A stretch of DNA of 63,098 nucleotides, filler included, from Craspedostauros australis (GCA_030167865.1; 13 parts of 13 records of this genome joined end to end with filler, not necessarily neighbours in it); one strand, 5' to 3'; counted from the whole stretch's first letter, positions 46,230-58,501 are shown. The notes: generated by a model from the letters alone, not told the origin. Program-made: numbers and translations.

Positions 46230-46773
46230 CAGTTGGGACACACTTGGTCCGGGATCCACCCGCGACTCAATCGTCCATGTTGCGTACACGGTACCCGGTA
46301 TCCGAACCCGATACTGCAATGAAAGGCTACCGCGCGCATGGTATATAGTTGAACCACAATCCATGCTCTGCTCACCCTCCAGCTCATGCAACCGTGCCAC
46401 CTGTTCAGCTAACCATCTTGCAAATCCTGCAGGCATCTTGAAGCATATCCATACCCATGGATCAAGCACTGCTCTACGGATGGGACTACTGAACAGCTGG
46501 GCGTGTGCAGAACCATCACGGCATGTTGCTGTACAACACAAACGGCTCAAGCACGACAGCATCAACCCTGCCCTTTGACTCGATCGTCCTGTCCACAGTA
46601 AGCTTAACACATAAAACAAGCAATCAGAAACAATCTTCACAGCTTACTTTCGAGTCTACTACAGTTACATCATCATCTGAAACAGCTTTGTTCTCAACAT
46701 CAAACGGTGTCAAAACCGGTTGAAGGACAGATCATCCACCTGACAACGTGCAAAAGACACGGAATACCAACTG
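46230..46773. mobile_element. 544-bp non-autonomous insertion with CAGTTGG terminal inverted repeats and 3-bp CAC target duplication
   Basis: The structure is CAC(46227-46229)[CAGTTGG...CCAACTG]CAC(46774-46776). Removing the insert and one CAC restores the integrase frame ...SENSQVQ-SGKAWKAV... Confidence 0.85.
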
Positions 46774-49247
46774 CACCTGTGAATTTTCCGATACGAGTAG
46801 ATCCGGAGCGCCGACGCAAACGATGAAGTCCGCGAGCGCCCCTGGCGCCATGGCCTCGCGGCTCAGTGGCTTCGCCCAGATGAATTTCGATTGGTTGTGC
46901 GAGAAGAGCTGAAAGCATTTGTAATGCCGGATGGATTGAACCGTGAAGAAGAACATGTCCGTGTCGACTCTGCCATTGATTCGTGTGGGTTGCAGCACGC
47001 CTTCCCGCTGTGCCCGATACTGCCGCGGTATGATTCTTGACTCTGCTTCGATCGGAGTATCCGCCAGCTGAGTGGATGCCGCCATTGTTTTCTCCACCAC
47101 GTGTGGTGGAAGGTGTCGGAATTTTTGTGTGAAATCGATCCGACCCGCATTGCGTCGCAGACGCTGATGTCTGTCGCATATGATGATATGCTTCGCCGTC
47201 GCCATCTCGTGGGATGTCGGCTTTCTGATGGGAATTCGGAGCGTGTTGCCGTCATGGTTCTCCAGTGGTAAGCTGATAGCACCCAATGAGACCCGCTGCT
47301 GTCCCTGATGTTCAATTAGGTGATCGTAAATGTTCAGTCCGGACGCGCACATATGATGTTTGTTAAACAGTGATTACGTCTGCTGTGGATGCTTGTCGAG
47401 AGCCACGTAGTTCGCTTTGATGAGGGCCACGCCGCCTGATAGAGGCTCGTATGCTGCCACTGCGTCGACCATCTGGAATGTCTCGATTGGTGAGTCCATC
47501 GTCGCCCCTCGGGCACGAAACTCTTGTTGGTGTGTATGGGTCACCTCCCAGCCTGATGCATGAACAATGTCTCCGTCCGCCCCTGAGTCTAGGATGATAA
47601 TGCCTTGGCTATTGTTCGTTACTCTGGCCCTTCGGATGCAATGCTTCACTGTCGGGTGGGTTGTGCACGGACGGGACTCTTGTGGTACCTCCGGATGTGC
47701 ACGTCCGGGCACTCCCGCTGCGGTCGTCACGCTCGCCCCCTACAGTCGCAGAGTTTGAGGTGTATGACAATCTCCGACTGACGGCGAGTTGTGCCCGTCT
47801 TTGATTGTCAAGAACCGGCGTTCCATGGTCCTTGGGTGCCGGGTCGTCCGGTCTTGTGGTCGCCCGTGTGAGGACTCTTGGGCCCTCTTTGGGTCATCGG
47901 CAACTCGAGGTTGCGGCCGTACTCTGCTGGTTTGTTGCGCTTGAGGGTTTCCTCATCGATTGGTTTCCCGGTGTTGCGGAAGTGACGAGACGCCTCGACG
48001 AGGAGCACTTGAGTGCTCACCGGCATTCGTCGGAACACGGAGTCCGGTACCCCAAACGATGCGGCGCCCTTGCGATCCCACTTGGAGGATTCGCGTGGCC
48101 TCTTGCGATTGTCCTTGTTTTCCTTCTGCTGGTAGCGACGATTTCGCTTGGGAGAGTAGTGTCCTTTAGTCTTCATGAGGAGCGCGTCATGTTGCATGAA
48201 TGCCTCGCGAATTGCGTTGAAGGATTGTTCCGTATTGCGGAATCTGGACATCTCGCTTGTGAAGAAGTCATCCGTGATGTTGCAAAAGAACTTCGCGATC
48301 TTTTGCTGGTCGGTCATCTGCTTTCCATTCTGCTCCATGACGCGGATGCATTTGGAGAAAGCATTGATGAATACTGGGAAGGGTCTGGATCCGTCGTAAC
48401 AGAGTTTGGTGATCTTCTGTTCTTCCACTGCGATGGCCTCAGCTTTGTGATCAGTTGACTTGTACGTGTGCACAAGCGCCTGGAACGCATCCTGGCCGTT
48501 GGGGTCATGTGCTTCCATGATGAATGCCGTGCATCCTTGTTCTGTCTTTGTGTGCATGAAAGTGCACAGCTGCTCATTGATCTCCACATTGAAGTGAAAG
48601 GGTTTGTCTGGCTTGAGGTATGCTGCGTATCTGGATGTGACCAGCTACTGCTTGAACACAATCTTCCAGTCATACCAGTTGCTGTTCATCCCTGTGAACT
48701 TGGGTGCTTCTGGCATGCTGACCTTGTCAAACTTCCATCCTGATGGGGTTCTGGGGGTTTGTGGTGATTGTGTTGTGCGTGTCACTCGGTTTGGAGAGCT
48801 GACTGTGATCTTGCAATCTGTTGCATCAGTGATCTCCACTGCTGCTGCCTCTCTGATCGCAACTTCTGATTGGACTTGAGCGGCTGCGTTCGTGACCGGT
48901 GTGCTGACTTCTGGCGGCACATAGTTGTTTGCTTCGTTGAATGTGTCGATTGCTGTCCAATTGGTTTGCACGGTGATGGTGTTTGACCTTGCATACGCGA
49001 AGATGCGGAGGATGTTGGTAATGTTTATTGATGACAGCATTGGCAAGAGTGCCAATGCTGCCACGATGGTAACGTCTGGATTGCAGATGGCATGATAGAT
49101 TCTTCCAAGCTTCATGCCAAGGAACGCCATCTCTTCTTCATTGAGCTGAACCAGCTCTTGGATGATCTTGTTGAAGGTGTTGATGTTGGTTGGGCGGTCC
49201 ATGGTGATAATTTGTAAGATGGTAAAGGTGGTGTGGTGTTGGGTGTT

Positions 49248-49277
49248 GCTCAGTGTTGGTAAGCACGACTCTTAATC
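49248..49277 (-). promoter_or_regulatory. Primer-binding site complementary to the 5' half of tRNA-Lys(CUU)
   Basis: The plus strand reads GCTCAGTGTTGGTAAGCACGACTCTTAATC, resembling the D-arm plus anticodon arm of tRNA-Lys(CUU). It directly abuts a putative LTR-terminal CA (49278-49279) and lies 46 bp upstream of the gag ATG. Confidence 0.7.
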
Positions 49278-49299
49278 TGTCAAACATGTACAAGTAACT

Positions 49300-49380
49300 T
49301 GTTGGCAAGTTCCGCTCACGGTAACCTACGATCGTGGAAGATGGTGTTGGTTGATAGTCGTCTGTTTGCTATTTCATTAC
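49300..49380 (+). mobile_element. LTR family A terminus inserted into the LTR of the preceding Copia
   Basis: TGTTGGCAAGTTCCGCTCACGGTAACCTACG... is near-identical to the reverse complement of 38391-38471. It is truncated by a gap. Confidence 0.85.
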
Positions 49381-49480
49381 NNNNNNNNNNNNNNNNNNNN
49401 NNNNNNNNNNNNNNNNNNNNNNNNTTAATTAATTAANNNNNNNNNNNNNNNNNNNNNNNNNNNNNNNNNNNNNNNNNNNN

Positions 49481-49991
49481 GGACAACGATACTGATACCC
49501 GCGATGGCGCTCATGACGATGATGATGGCGCTGACCAGCCAACTCCCACCCTCGATGGACAGGACGATCTACAACAGCTGATCCTTGTGGCCAACGAGTT
49601 CGGCTTCTGGCGACTCAAGCTTGTTCTTGAAGCAGAGTTGGCCNNNNNNNNNNNNNNNNNNGACACCATGGTAGATGCGTTGATATTCGCTGATCAACAC
49701 AACTGCGTGGTGTTGAAGGATGCAGCAACGAGGATGGCAGCTCGAAACATGCAGACTTTACTCGCTCGTGAAGATTTCAGCAAGTTATGTCAACATCCTC
49801 GACTGATTGAAGGCATCCATGTCATCTGCAGTGGGAGAGCGGCAAGCAATGAAGTTGATGACAAGTACAGTGCCATGTCCATGATGGATTTGTACAAGGT
49901 CATGGATGAAAGCGAGGGTACAGCACAAGTGGATTCATACATGGATCGTGCAACGTTGATGAACCTCGTGCGGTCCGTCGCACCTGGCTGA
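49481..49991 (+). CDS. BTB/POZ (SPOP-like) protein, C-terminal fragment; paralog of 41725..42157
   Basis: LILVANEFGFWRLKLVLEAELA..DALIFADQHNCVVLKDAA..EGTAQVDSYMDRATL. It is highly similar to the 41.7-42.2 kb copy at DNA level. Confidence 0.7.
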
Positions 49992-50239
49992 GGCCGATGG
50001 CGCTGCCGCTGGAGAAGAGGAGTGAATCACAACAACAGTAGACAGAAGTGAGCGCGAAATGAAGAAGAGGAAATGGATAGGCTGTAATCAGAGAAGTAAC
50101 TACTTCACCATATTTCGCAAGATAGCTATCAGTGATACATCCAATGGAGCGCCCGGCACGTCTTGGATCTCGCCTTTGGTGACTCGCGCAGCGTGATGTT
50201 CTACGCACGACCGTATCGTTCGCAGCACAGCCTGACTGG

Positions 50240-51126
50240 CTGGACAGCAAGGCATGCTCTTTGGCCAATACATTGCTGATGATCATGCCGCTGCGTTGCA
50301 GATGATCCTGGTGAGTGAACAGCACGTTGGTGTACCATACAGCATCATTGGGCAGTGTGGCATGACGACGATGGTCTGGCCACCACTGTTGTCGCCGAGA
50401 TCGTCGTCGCCAATCAAATGCTTTCCGCGTTCGTTGGTTTCAATGATGTGGGAGGAATTGTGCGGAAGGAATTGTGTGGAAGGAGTTGTGTGGAAAAGGA
50501 AGGTGGTATCCGCTGGCGTCATGCATGGATCGTCGTACTCCACTGCAACTGGACGGCGCAGGATGAATGTATCGCGACTGTTGGCTTGTTGGTGTTGCTT
50601 CCGCCATGTTTGGATGGTATCACGCAAGGCACAAGCGCACGCCAGCTGCCACACGGGCCCCAATGCAGCCGGCAAGGATGGCGAGCCATGGGAAAAGTTG
50701 CTGATGTCTTGGCAGATGATTTCTCCGACTTGTGGATCCGATGACACAGTGCCTCCATCTCATCGTTTGCAGTTGTGGCTGCGATGCATCGCTTTGAGCT
50801 TCAGCATGAGCGGGCGTTGGTGGTAATGGTGCACGTAGTGGTGGCGTAATAGAAGGAGTATCTCCGAACAGCTGGTGCTCCAGGCCCCGAAGAAGTTGCT
50901 GCGTCCGATCTCATGAATGCAGTCGTCCAGCAGGTATTGAATCTCAGCTGTCGACGGCACATCCAGCGTGGGCGCTGCTGCTGATCATGTGATTGTTTAC
51001 CTATGCAATTGCCTTGATATCTTCCTTTCTGATGTCGCTGATTGATGCGATACGTTTGCAGTCGCTTCTCATCACCACTTCCCATTCGTCATCATCAACA
51101 TCATCTCCATCTCCGTCTCTTGCCAT
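50240..51126 (-). pseudogene. SRR1-domain (sensitivity to red light reduced 1-like) gene relic
   Basis: Pieces in several frames read DDEWEVVMR; IICQDISNFS..WQLACACALRD..YDDPCMTPADTTFL..NERGKH..TIVVMPHCPMMLY; and MIISN. They match the SRR1 motif order (C.G.GNFS, QLA, YDP, NE.G, MPHC..LY, GNS) but carry stops and frameshifts. Confidence 0.55.
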
Positions 51127-52040
51127 GGTCGCCTTCATCCATCCTTTTCGGTATGCGACGTTGTGCGTGGCTGCTTGTTTCACCCATGCATTGCTTTACT
51201 GGTCATGTATGCGTACGACTATGACACATTGGCTGACACCTCCATCAATGCATGTAGTTCTACACAAGTACAACCATGATCTCTTACGGCCCCATTCAGC
51301 GAAGTACAGTATTTTTCTGCGGATTTGAGATACTGAAACGTGATATTATTAGAACATGATTTTTCGTGTTGTACATTAGGGTTAGATAAATCTAGCTAGC
51401 TTCTACGACACAAATACCTGGCTGGATTGTCTTCACCGCGGACGAAAATGATGACGTTGTTGACGGTCGATATCAGACGGCGATGACACCCAACAGGGTG
51501 GATGGTGACGTTGTGGCAGATTCGATGTTGCGTTGATTTCTCGCGTTGTTGGTGATTTGGCTCGGTTTGGTGTTTCCTCCTTTGGGCGTGTCGTGTCAAA
51601 CAGCACAGCGTCGGCGGCATCCCTGCGCATCAGCTGCAACAGCAACACTTGCGAATACCACACAGCACAGTATTATAGAATATAATGTAATGGAGCACAA
51701 TGACTTATTCTGTGGTGTGCAAAACATTGTACTATTTAATGCGATGCTTAGTTTGTCAATACAAAGTCCTGCGCAACCTGCGTTGCTCCCCTTGAACATG
51801 GGACGTCATGTTCATCTGCTGAGCTGATGGCACGATGCGGAAAGAGACTGGTGGCAGCAGCGTCGTTTCCTTTGTTGTTTCTCGTGTTGTGTTTTGTGTC
51901 GTTGTCGGTTGATTTTGACCTTTCCTGTTGTGGCAGCCATNNNNNNNNNNNNNNNNNNNNNNNNNNNNNNNNNNNNNNNNNNNNTTAATTAATTAANNNN
52001 NNNNNNNNNNNNNNNNNNNNNNNNNNNNNNNNNNNNNNNN

Positions 52041-53566
52041 ATGTGCTCGTGACTGGCAAAGCAACACGCGTTATCGCTCTGTAGGATGATTTCAGTCACG
52101 GATGGGTGCATGTCTTTGACCTTTGTTTGCACAATCTCCAGCAGTCCACCAACTTGAAGTGTGTCTTGCGTTGGTCTTCCATCGACCACAATGTCGATGA
52201 ACCGATAAGTGAAAATGTCGTTGCGACACGTGATGACCATTGCCCCGAGCAGTGACATCCCCTTCTTCCCCCAATATTCTTGTTGGGCTTCGCCTTGGCC
52301 TGTCGGTAGAATTTTTTGCTTATGGTCGAGTACCACATAGGCTCTTTCAGGCTTTTCGTTGAGCTGGGATTGATAAAAGGCGATTTTTCCGAATTGCACT
52401 TTGGCACGCACTTTGTGAGCCATGTAGTTAACAATTTCATTGGCGAATCCCGGTGCTGCTGCAAGCATTGATTCCAATTCGTCTTTGTGTTCTTTGAGTT
52501 CGTTGTCCTTAAGCATTTCGACAAAAGGGACAAAACTATCATTCACAAATCGCATTGTTGATCCACAACGGTTGCATACTTTACGTNGTTGNTCGCTTGC
52601 AGTGGTGGGAGAAGTGTCATTTGTGACAGTGGCTTTCTTCTTGCTCTTGTGCTTGTTGGTGCGTGGTTTGCGTTGGTTGGTTGATGTGGCTGCTCCCTTC
52701 TTCGCCTTTTCGGTGGTGAGAGCGAACGCTGCCGAATGCATTGGATCGTCGCACTGAAGCTGCATGTGGGAGGCGGTGAACTCCCATTTGAGGAACACAA
52801 CAAGCAATTCGAGTGCATGCAAGAGAGAATCGGCTGTGCGCACATAAGGCGCGATGACGTCATCGGGCTCATCGTTGTCGTTGTCGCTCTCGTCATTGGC
52901 ATCGTTTTGTTCCTCCTCGTCTGCTTCATACTTAGCCTTCAGTAGGTCTACTAGGCGCGAAATTGCCTGTTTGAGTTTCTCCGTCGCCATCCAGAAGTAG
53001 CTCTCAAAGGAAGAAAGCCCTGTCTTGATCTTGCTTTTGCGTGTGAGTAGGTGAGTAATGGTGGTGAACGTGGGCATTCCAACCGGAGTATTGGTGGTAG
53101 GCGCGTACATGTCGAATAATTCTTGGATGGTAGTGCTGCCACGATCGAACACTGGGACATTTTCGAATTGAACCCCACCATACTGTACCATGTGACTCAA
53201 CCCTGCCTTGTATGTAGTCGTGGTCATGAGGAAGGAAACCACACCGGAGAGATCACAGGCACGCACACGGTACTGAAGAACTCGCGGCGGGATGCTTTGG
53301 CCGTGGCTCAACATGACGTAGTTGCGACGCAAAGTGCAGGCCTGGCTGTGCGTGATGATGTCGCGTTTGGACAGCATGCGCACCTTTTGTTCCTCCGATA
53401 GTCAATGTGCGTGCTTAGCAAGAATAGCAGTACACAGTGCATCTGACGCAGACTTTGCCAAAGTGGCTCTTGCTGTGTGGGATGACGTAGATTCTCCGAG
53501 CAAGCATAGGGTGTAGAGGTTAGATGCTAACATCGTTGGAGGAACCTCCATGTTGGCACGTACGTA
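52041..53566 (-). mobile_element. DDE/D DNA-transposon transposase fragment (Sola3-like by motif), with in-frame stop
   Basis: VVLDHKQKILP..EAQQEYWGKKGMSLLG..QDTLQV..LQSDNACCF resembles the D.AMK.LP..E.Q..WFGKRG.S.H..QD..SDNAGCY pattern. There is a TGA at 53402-53404, and the fragment is cut by gaps. Confidence 0.6.
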
Positions 53567-54108
53567 NNNNNNNNNNNNNNNNNNNNNNNNNNNNNNNNNN
53601 NNNNNNNNNNNNNNNNNNNNNNNNNNNNNNNNNNNNNNNNNNNNNNNNNNNNNNNNNNNNNNNNNNNNNNNNNNNNNNNNNNNNNNNNNNNNNNNNNNNN
53701 NNAACCCTTTTTTCGGCATCAGCAGCAACAGTTTTGGATCTAGGTTAGACCCAAGCGCCGCCATCGCACGAACGATGGCACCACGCCTCCAGCTCTCCTC
53801 CTCCTCCAGATCACACCCGAGCTTGCCGCCTCTCCTGCCCCAGCCGGCGCGCGTCTGTTCCTCCTCATCGTCAACGAACGTGCTGTCGCTGTCAATAGAG
53901 GGATCTGCGTACCCCCCAGCAACAACAGTGTTGCAACGCCGGGGAAGCCTCCCTGGTGGGGTAGGCTTCACAGGGGGTGCAACATCAGCTGCAGCAGGCA
54001 GGGAGGGNNNNNNNNNNNNNNNNNNNNNNNNNNNNNNNNNNNNNNNNNNNNTTAATTAATTAANNNNNNNNNNNNNNNNNNNNNNNNNNNNNNNNNNNNN
54101 NNNNNNNT

Positions 54109-54532
54109 ACTCGTACTGCATGGTTGCAGCGCGCAGCTCGGTTGCATCCAGTAGCGTGTAGTTGACGGTAGTTACGCCATCGTCTGTCGTCAGGAACTTG
54201 CGGACCTTGTTGACTTCGTGGAGTGCAAACAGTCGTTTGAAATCCATGCGTAGTGCGATGGTGGCCACAGGGTAGTGGAGTTCTGCGAGGACGGACGTCA
54301 GTGGTCGTCCAGCATGGAAGAGCAACATGATCATGATGCGGTCTTTGTTGAGTCCTTCATCCAGTTCGCTCTGTTCGAAGAGCGGTACGAGAGTCACGAA
54401 CGCCTCAGAAAATCCAAGGGTCTTTGTGAGGTAATCCAACACATCGACGGTGACTGGAGGTGGTTCGGCTGGGAGCCGGATTGGTGAATCCAGCAACCCG
54501 CTCAGCGACACATCATCCGACGCTCGGCTCAT
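54109..54532 (-). CDS. Truncated hypothetical ORF (possibly the N-terminus of a retroelement gag)
   Basis: ATG-initiated, protein-like frame running into a gap, with no diagnostic motif. Confidence 0.3.
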
Positions 54533-55277
54533 CCTTGCTCGCTTTCAGCAGCAGCACCAGGAAACCCCCCGTGAACCGACGACGGATGCGATGGAAAACC
54601 CTCAACCGGCAGCTGTGTCGACACTCACGGCCTCGCTCCCTCAACGCAAACCTGCTCAACGGGAAAACGGCCAACGGGTCGCGCTGTGTACCAAGCGACG
54701 GGGTTGTATGTCCAAAGCAAAAGCGACGGAGCGGAAAGCCTGATAAACTATTGAAACGGAGACGGTGGTAGGTATAAAGTCGTATCTTAGTGTGTTGATT
54801 TGCGGATTGTGTCCGGTTTGTTTCTTTTTCCTTTTCTTTGCGTTGCACCTTCTGTGCCTTTTCTGTGGCTGTTGTCGTTTGCTGCTGCTCGTGACTCAGC
54901 CGAGTCCTCGTGACTGGTTTCGCTCCAATAAGTGAGCAATCATGAACATCGCCGCGAACCAGAATGCCGAAGGGCTGGGAAAGAGGACGAACTCTCTGGC
55001 GACGGTGCGCACAAACTGAGGAGCAAGTGAGGACCAAGCGAAAAGGACAGGAAACTGGCGCGATGTTGTGAGCGTCGCCGGCCAATGGATGTGCATGTGT
55101 GGCTCAGAGCGCACCACCTCCCATTTGGCCTGTAAATAGGTACGACTACTCCACCTGTCTGGCTTCTCAAGGACGGCATAGCCATACGACTACACTGTGC
55201 TCGAGAGAGAGAGAGAGAGAGAGCGGAGTCAGAGTGGAGTAAGAAGCAGCTCGAGCGTGTGAAGAGACATCGAAACG

Positions 55278-58063
55278 ATGGAAGGAGACGGCACCAGGAC
55301 AGATGCATCAATCAACGGTCATGAAGGCGAGCATGACCATGAGCATGAGCACGAGAGTGACTCTGGATACGACAACGATCGTATTTCTGAGCATGGGTTT
55401 GGGCTTGGCAACGAGCAGCAGCAACAGCAGGTGGATACTGGTGGACACCACAACATAACGCGGGCCGCATATCCCAGATCATCGTCGCTGACGGCAGGCC
55501 AGGTGCTCGCGCTCGTGTCAGACGGAGATTTCGCTTCCAACATGTCGGATGATTCATCCGTTTTCGAAACGGGCAGATTGCACGACAACACTACTGACCC
55601 TGAAGTGGGTAGTATCGAAGATGGAGGTACATCGGCGATGGGCGAGACAGAGATCCCTAATGCTCCAATCTATGAGGATTATCGTGGGGGCGATCAGCCA
55701 TCATGGTCAACGAATCAAATGACGCAGCCACCAGATGAGCAAGAGCATCACCAAGTTGCAAACGCGAGATCAACCACCAGCCGGGGTGCTACTCATGGAC
55801 AAACGAGCTCTGCGCGGTTCGAACCGCAGAGAAGAACATCGTCGCTCACTGCGGGACAGATCTTGGCCTTGGTGGGTGATGAGGATCTAGCTGCACTCGT
55901 GAGCGATGATGATGATGGTGACGATGATGCGGAGGAAGCTGGTGGCGCAATTCCCTCTCCGCAAGAACACCTACAAGTCCATGTCAATAGGCAGGATGCC
56001 AGTGTTGATGACGGCGAGGCTGGCAGCGGCGGAGACCCCTGTGATGAAGAAAGCACCGACCATGGCAGCCAAACACGAGTGAACAAGAAGGAGAAGGAGC
56101 CTGAAGACATCGATGCGGACATGTCCATCAAAGACCACACACTTGCAGATGAGAATGAGGACAGTCGTACTCATCCACACATTCAAAAGATGCAACCATC
56201 CAAAAAGCATCCCACGGATCCCAGGAAGATGATTCTGGATGATCCAAAACCAATCAAAGCGACCGATGAACCCAAAAAGGTCGCCTTCCTCGGAGCTGGC
56301 GACAACAAGAGCAAGACGCAAGATCCGCAGGATGGGCCAGAAATCGATGACTTCCTGCATCATTCCATCCTTCGAGACCCGAACACGACCGATCTGCCCA
56401 GTGCCACCTTGGGCGATTCTGTCATGTCACCGAGTGTCGTCTCGGCACTCTCCAGTCATGCTGAAGCCATCCACCACGATAGTCAAACCTCGCAGGATGC
56501 AGGCAGCGAGACTGGCACTCAAGACGAAACCAGCGTTCCCCAAACAGCAAGCGTCGGTGCATTCCGCGTTTCTTCGTCATTCCAACCACCTGAGAATGAC
56601 GACGTGGAGACTCTGTCCACACAGTCAGCTCGACTGCAGCAAGCTAACGATCCTGCTGTTGTCGCCGAGCTGGCGCCTACGAGAGACGAGATGAGGGATG
56701 AGTTCCGGGAAGAGTTGGAACGCGAAATGGAAGACCGGCTTGATCGTGAAATTCAGGAGCGCATGACGACGAACATCGTGCTCGCAGAATCCGTTCGTCC
56801 CGTTGAACCAAATCATCACGAGGACGGTGATGGTGATGGCGATGGTGATGATGACCCAGATGGTGATGGGGAGATGAGAGTCAGGAAGACCGACGACGAT
56901 AGTGGCAAGTGGAAAACACTGGGGCAGAAGGGACGGTGGATGGCTTTTGGTGTGGTACTGATCTGTTTGATCATTGTCGCGGTTGTCATCGGCGTCATCG
57001 TGGGTGGCAGCGACGGTGGCAACGACGGTGGCAGTGACGGTGGCAGTGACTCTGGCGCTTCAACCTCTGCCAGTGATGGCCCATCGACAGCATCTCCAAC
57101 AGCGCAGGTCGGCACATCCTTCCCAACCCTCACGCCGTCCAGCTTTCCCACCACTCCATTCCCGTCCGCCATACCCACGCCAATGCCAACACAGACCGAT
57201 GACTTCTTCATGATGCGTGACAGGCTCCATCCCTTGCTCGAAGACCCTCCCGCCTCACTCAATCTGTCCGTCTTTGATGACCCAGATTCCATCCCGTATC
57301 GAGTGCTCGATTGGATGGCAAATGATGATCCTGAGAGCAAGGCAATCATGGCGAATGAAGCTGATATGGATATGGATGTGGATGTGGATATGAATATGGA
57401 TGTGAATGCGAATGAGTATCTGCTGGACAGATACATAATGGCGAGCATGTATTATTCGTGGGATGGTCCGAATTGGCCAGATCAGATGGGATTTCTGTCC
57501 AACACGACCATTTGCAGTTGGAAGGGCCCTGAAAATCGAGGAGTCACCTGCAACGATGATGGATTTGTGGATAGGATCTATTTCGAGAAAAGTGGGCTGA
57601 GCGGTCCTTTCCCAAATGAGTTCTTCCAGATCAGGCGCTGGACGTACATCATTCTCCGCAATGATGCCATCACAGGCACGATCCCCAGCTCCATATCTCC
57701 AAGCCTCGTTCAACTTGATCTGGCTCTGCAACAGCTCACTGGGAGCATTCCAACTGAAGTGGGGTTGCTCACGTATATGCAGCACTTCTCAGTCCTCGAA
57801 AATTCTCTGAATGGTACCATCCCCACGGAGTTTGGGAATTGCACGAGCCTTATTCTGTTGCAGATGTTTCGCAACTACTTGAGCGGACAGATCCCATCCG
57901 AACTGGGATCATTACCCGCCATCGACACTCTGCAGGTCTACAACAATACGCTGACTGGCACCGTACCAACAGAACTTGGACAATTGAGCACGTTGCGGAT
58001 CTTTGAATTTCCAGAGAACTACATCATCGGAGACATCGATCCGATCTTTTGCTCAGCTTCCAG
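55278..58063 (+). CDS. Diatom-type single-pass membrane leucine-rich-repeat protein (3' end in gap)
   Basis: Disordered N-terminus with VGAFRV, a TM helix (AFGVVLICLIIVAVVIGVIVG), a PT stalk and an LRR cap (LDWMANDD..RYIMASMYYSWDG..ICSW.G..VTC). Plant-type LRRs follow (LTGSIPTEVGLL, LSGQIPSELGSL). Confidence 0.9.
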
Positions 58064-58262
58064 NNNNNNNNNNNNNNNNNNNNNNNNNNNNNNNNNNNNN
58101 NNNNNNNTTAATTAATTAANNNNNNNNNNNNNNNNNNNNNNNNNNNNNNNNNNNNNNNNNNNNTGGCGAGTACTCATGGAGTAGGAGCCAGTACTGAATA
58201 AACGGAGTGTTGAATACGGAGTACGTATCGAACACGGAGTATCGTGCACGACGAGTACACGA

Positions 58263-58501
58263 TGTTGAAAGAGAGAGAGAGAGAATACAGAGAGAGAGAG
58301 AAGCGAGAGAGTATCTCGCGTACCGACTCATAGTCGGAGACTGAATCTACGAAACAGATTGAAGCNNNNNNNNNNNNNNNNNNNNNNNNNNNNNNNNNNN
58401 NNNNNNNNNNGAGTAGCCAAGTAATGAAATAGCAAACGAACGACTATCAACCAACACCATCTTCCACGATCGTAGGTTACCGTGCGCGGAACTTGCCAAC
58501 A
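58263..58501 (-). mobile_element. LTR family A copy inserted in a Copia RT coding region
   Basis: Same TGTTGGCAAG...CAACA unit as 38231..38471, with shared internal flank to 58164. The junction directly follows RT codons FRARLV. Confidence 0.85.

Larger units (their letters stand above)
45156..49299 (-). mobile_element. Decayed diatom CoDi-like Copia element: LTR end, PBS, gag, protease, integrase, chromo-like segment; RT missing
   Basis: gag runs from ATG 49202 with an internal TAG at 48645-48647 (PKFTGMNSNWYDWK..NGQDAFQALV). The protease motif is IILDSGAD and integrase motifs are VDTDMFF..QNHAERAI..FWCYA..FRFAFFQPVWF..FLGIAWNHGD. It ends SILSH..FNVQWS. Frameshifts and an insertion are present. 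Confidence 0.88.

Noticed and set aside
46230..46640. N-terminal part of the 494-aa ORF as part of the integrase
   Set aside because: It lies within the 544-bp insertion. The true integrase N-terminus is upstream, at 46774..47352.
49248..49277. Possible tRNA-Lys gene
   Set aside because: Only the D-arm and anticodon 5' half are present, with no T-arm or acceptor stem. Its position fits a retroelement PBS.
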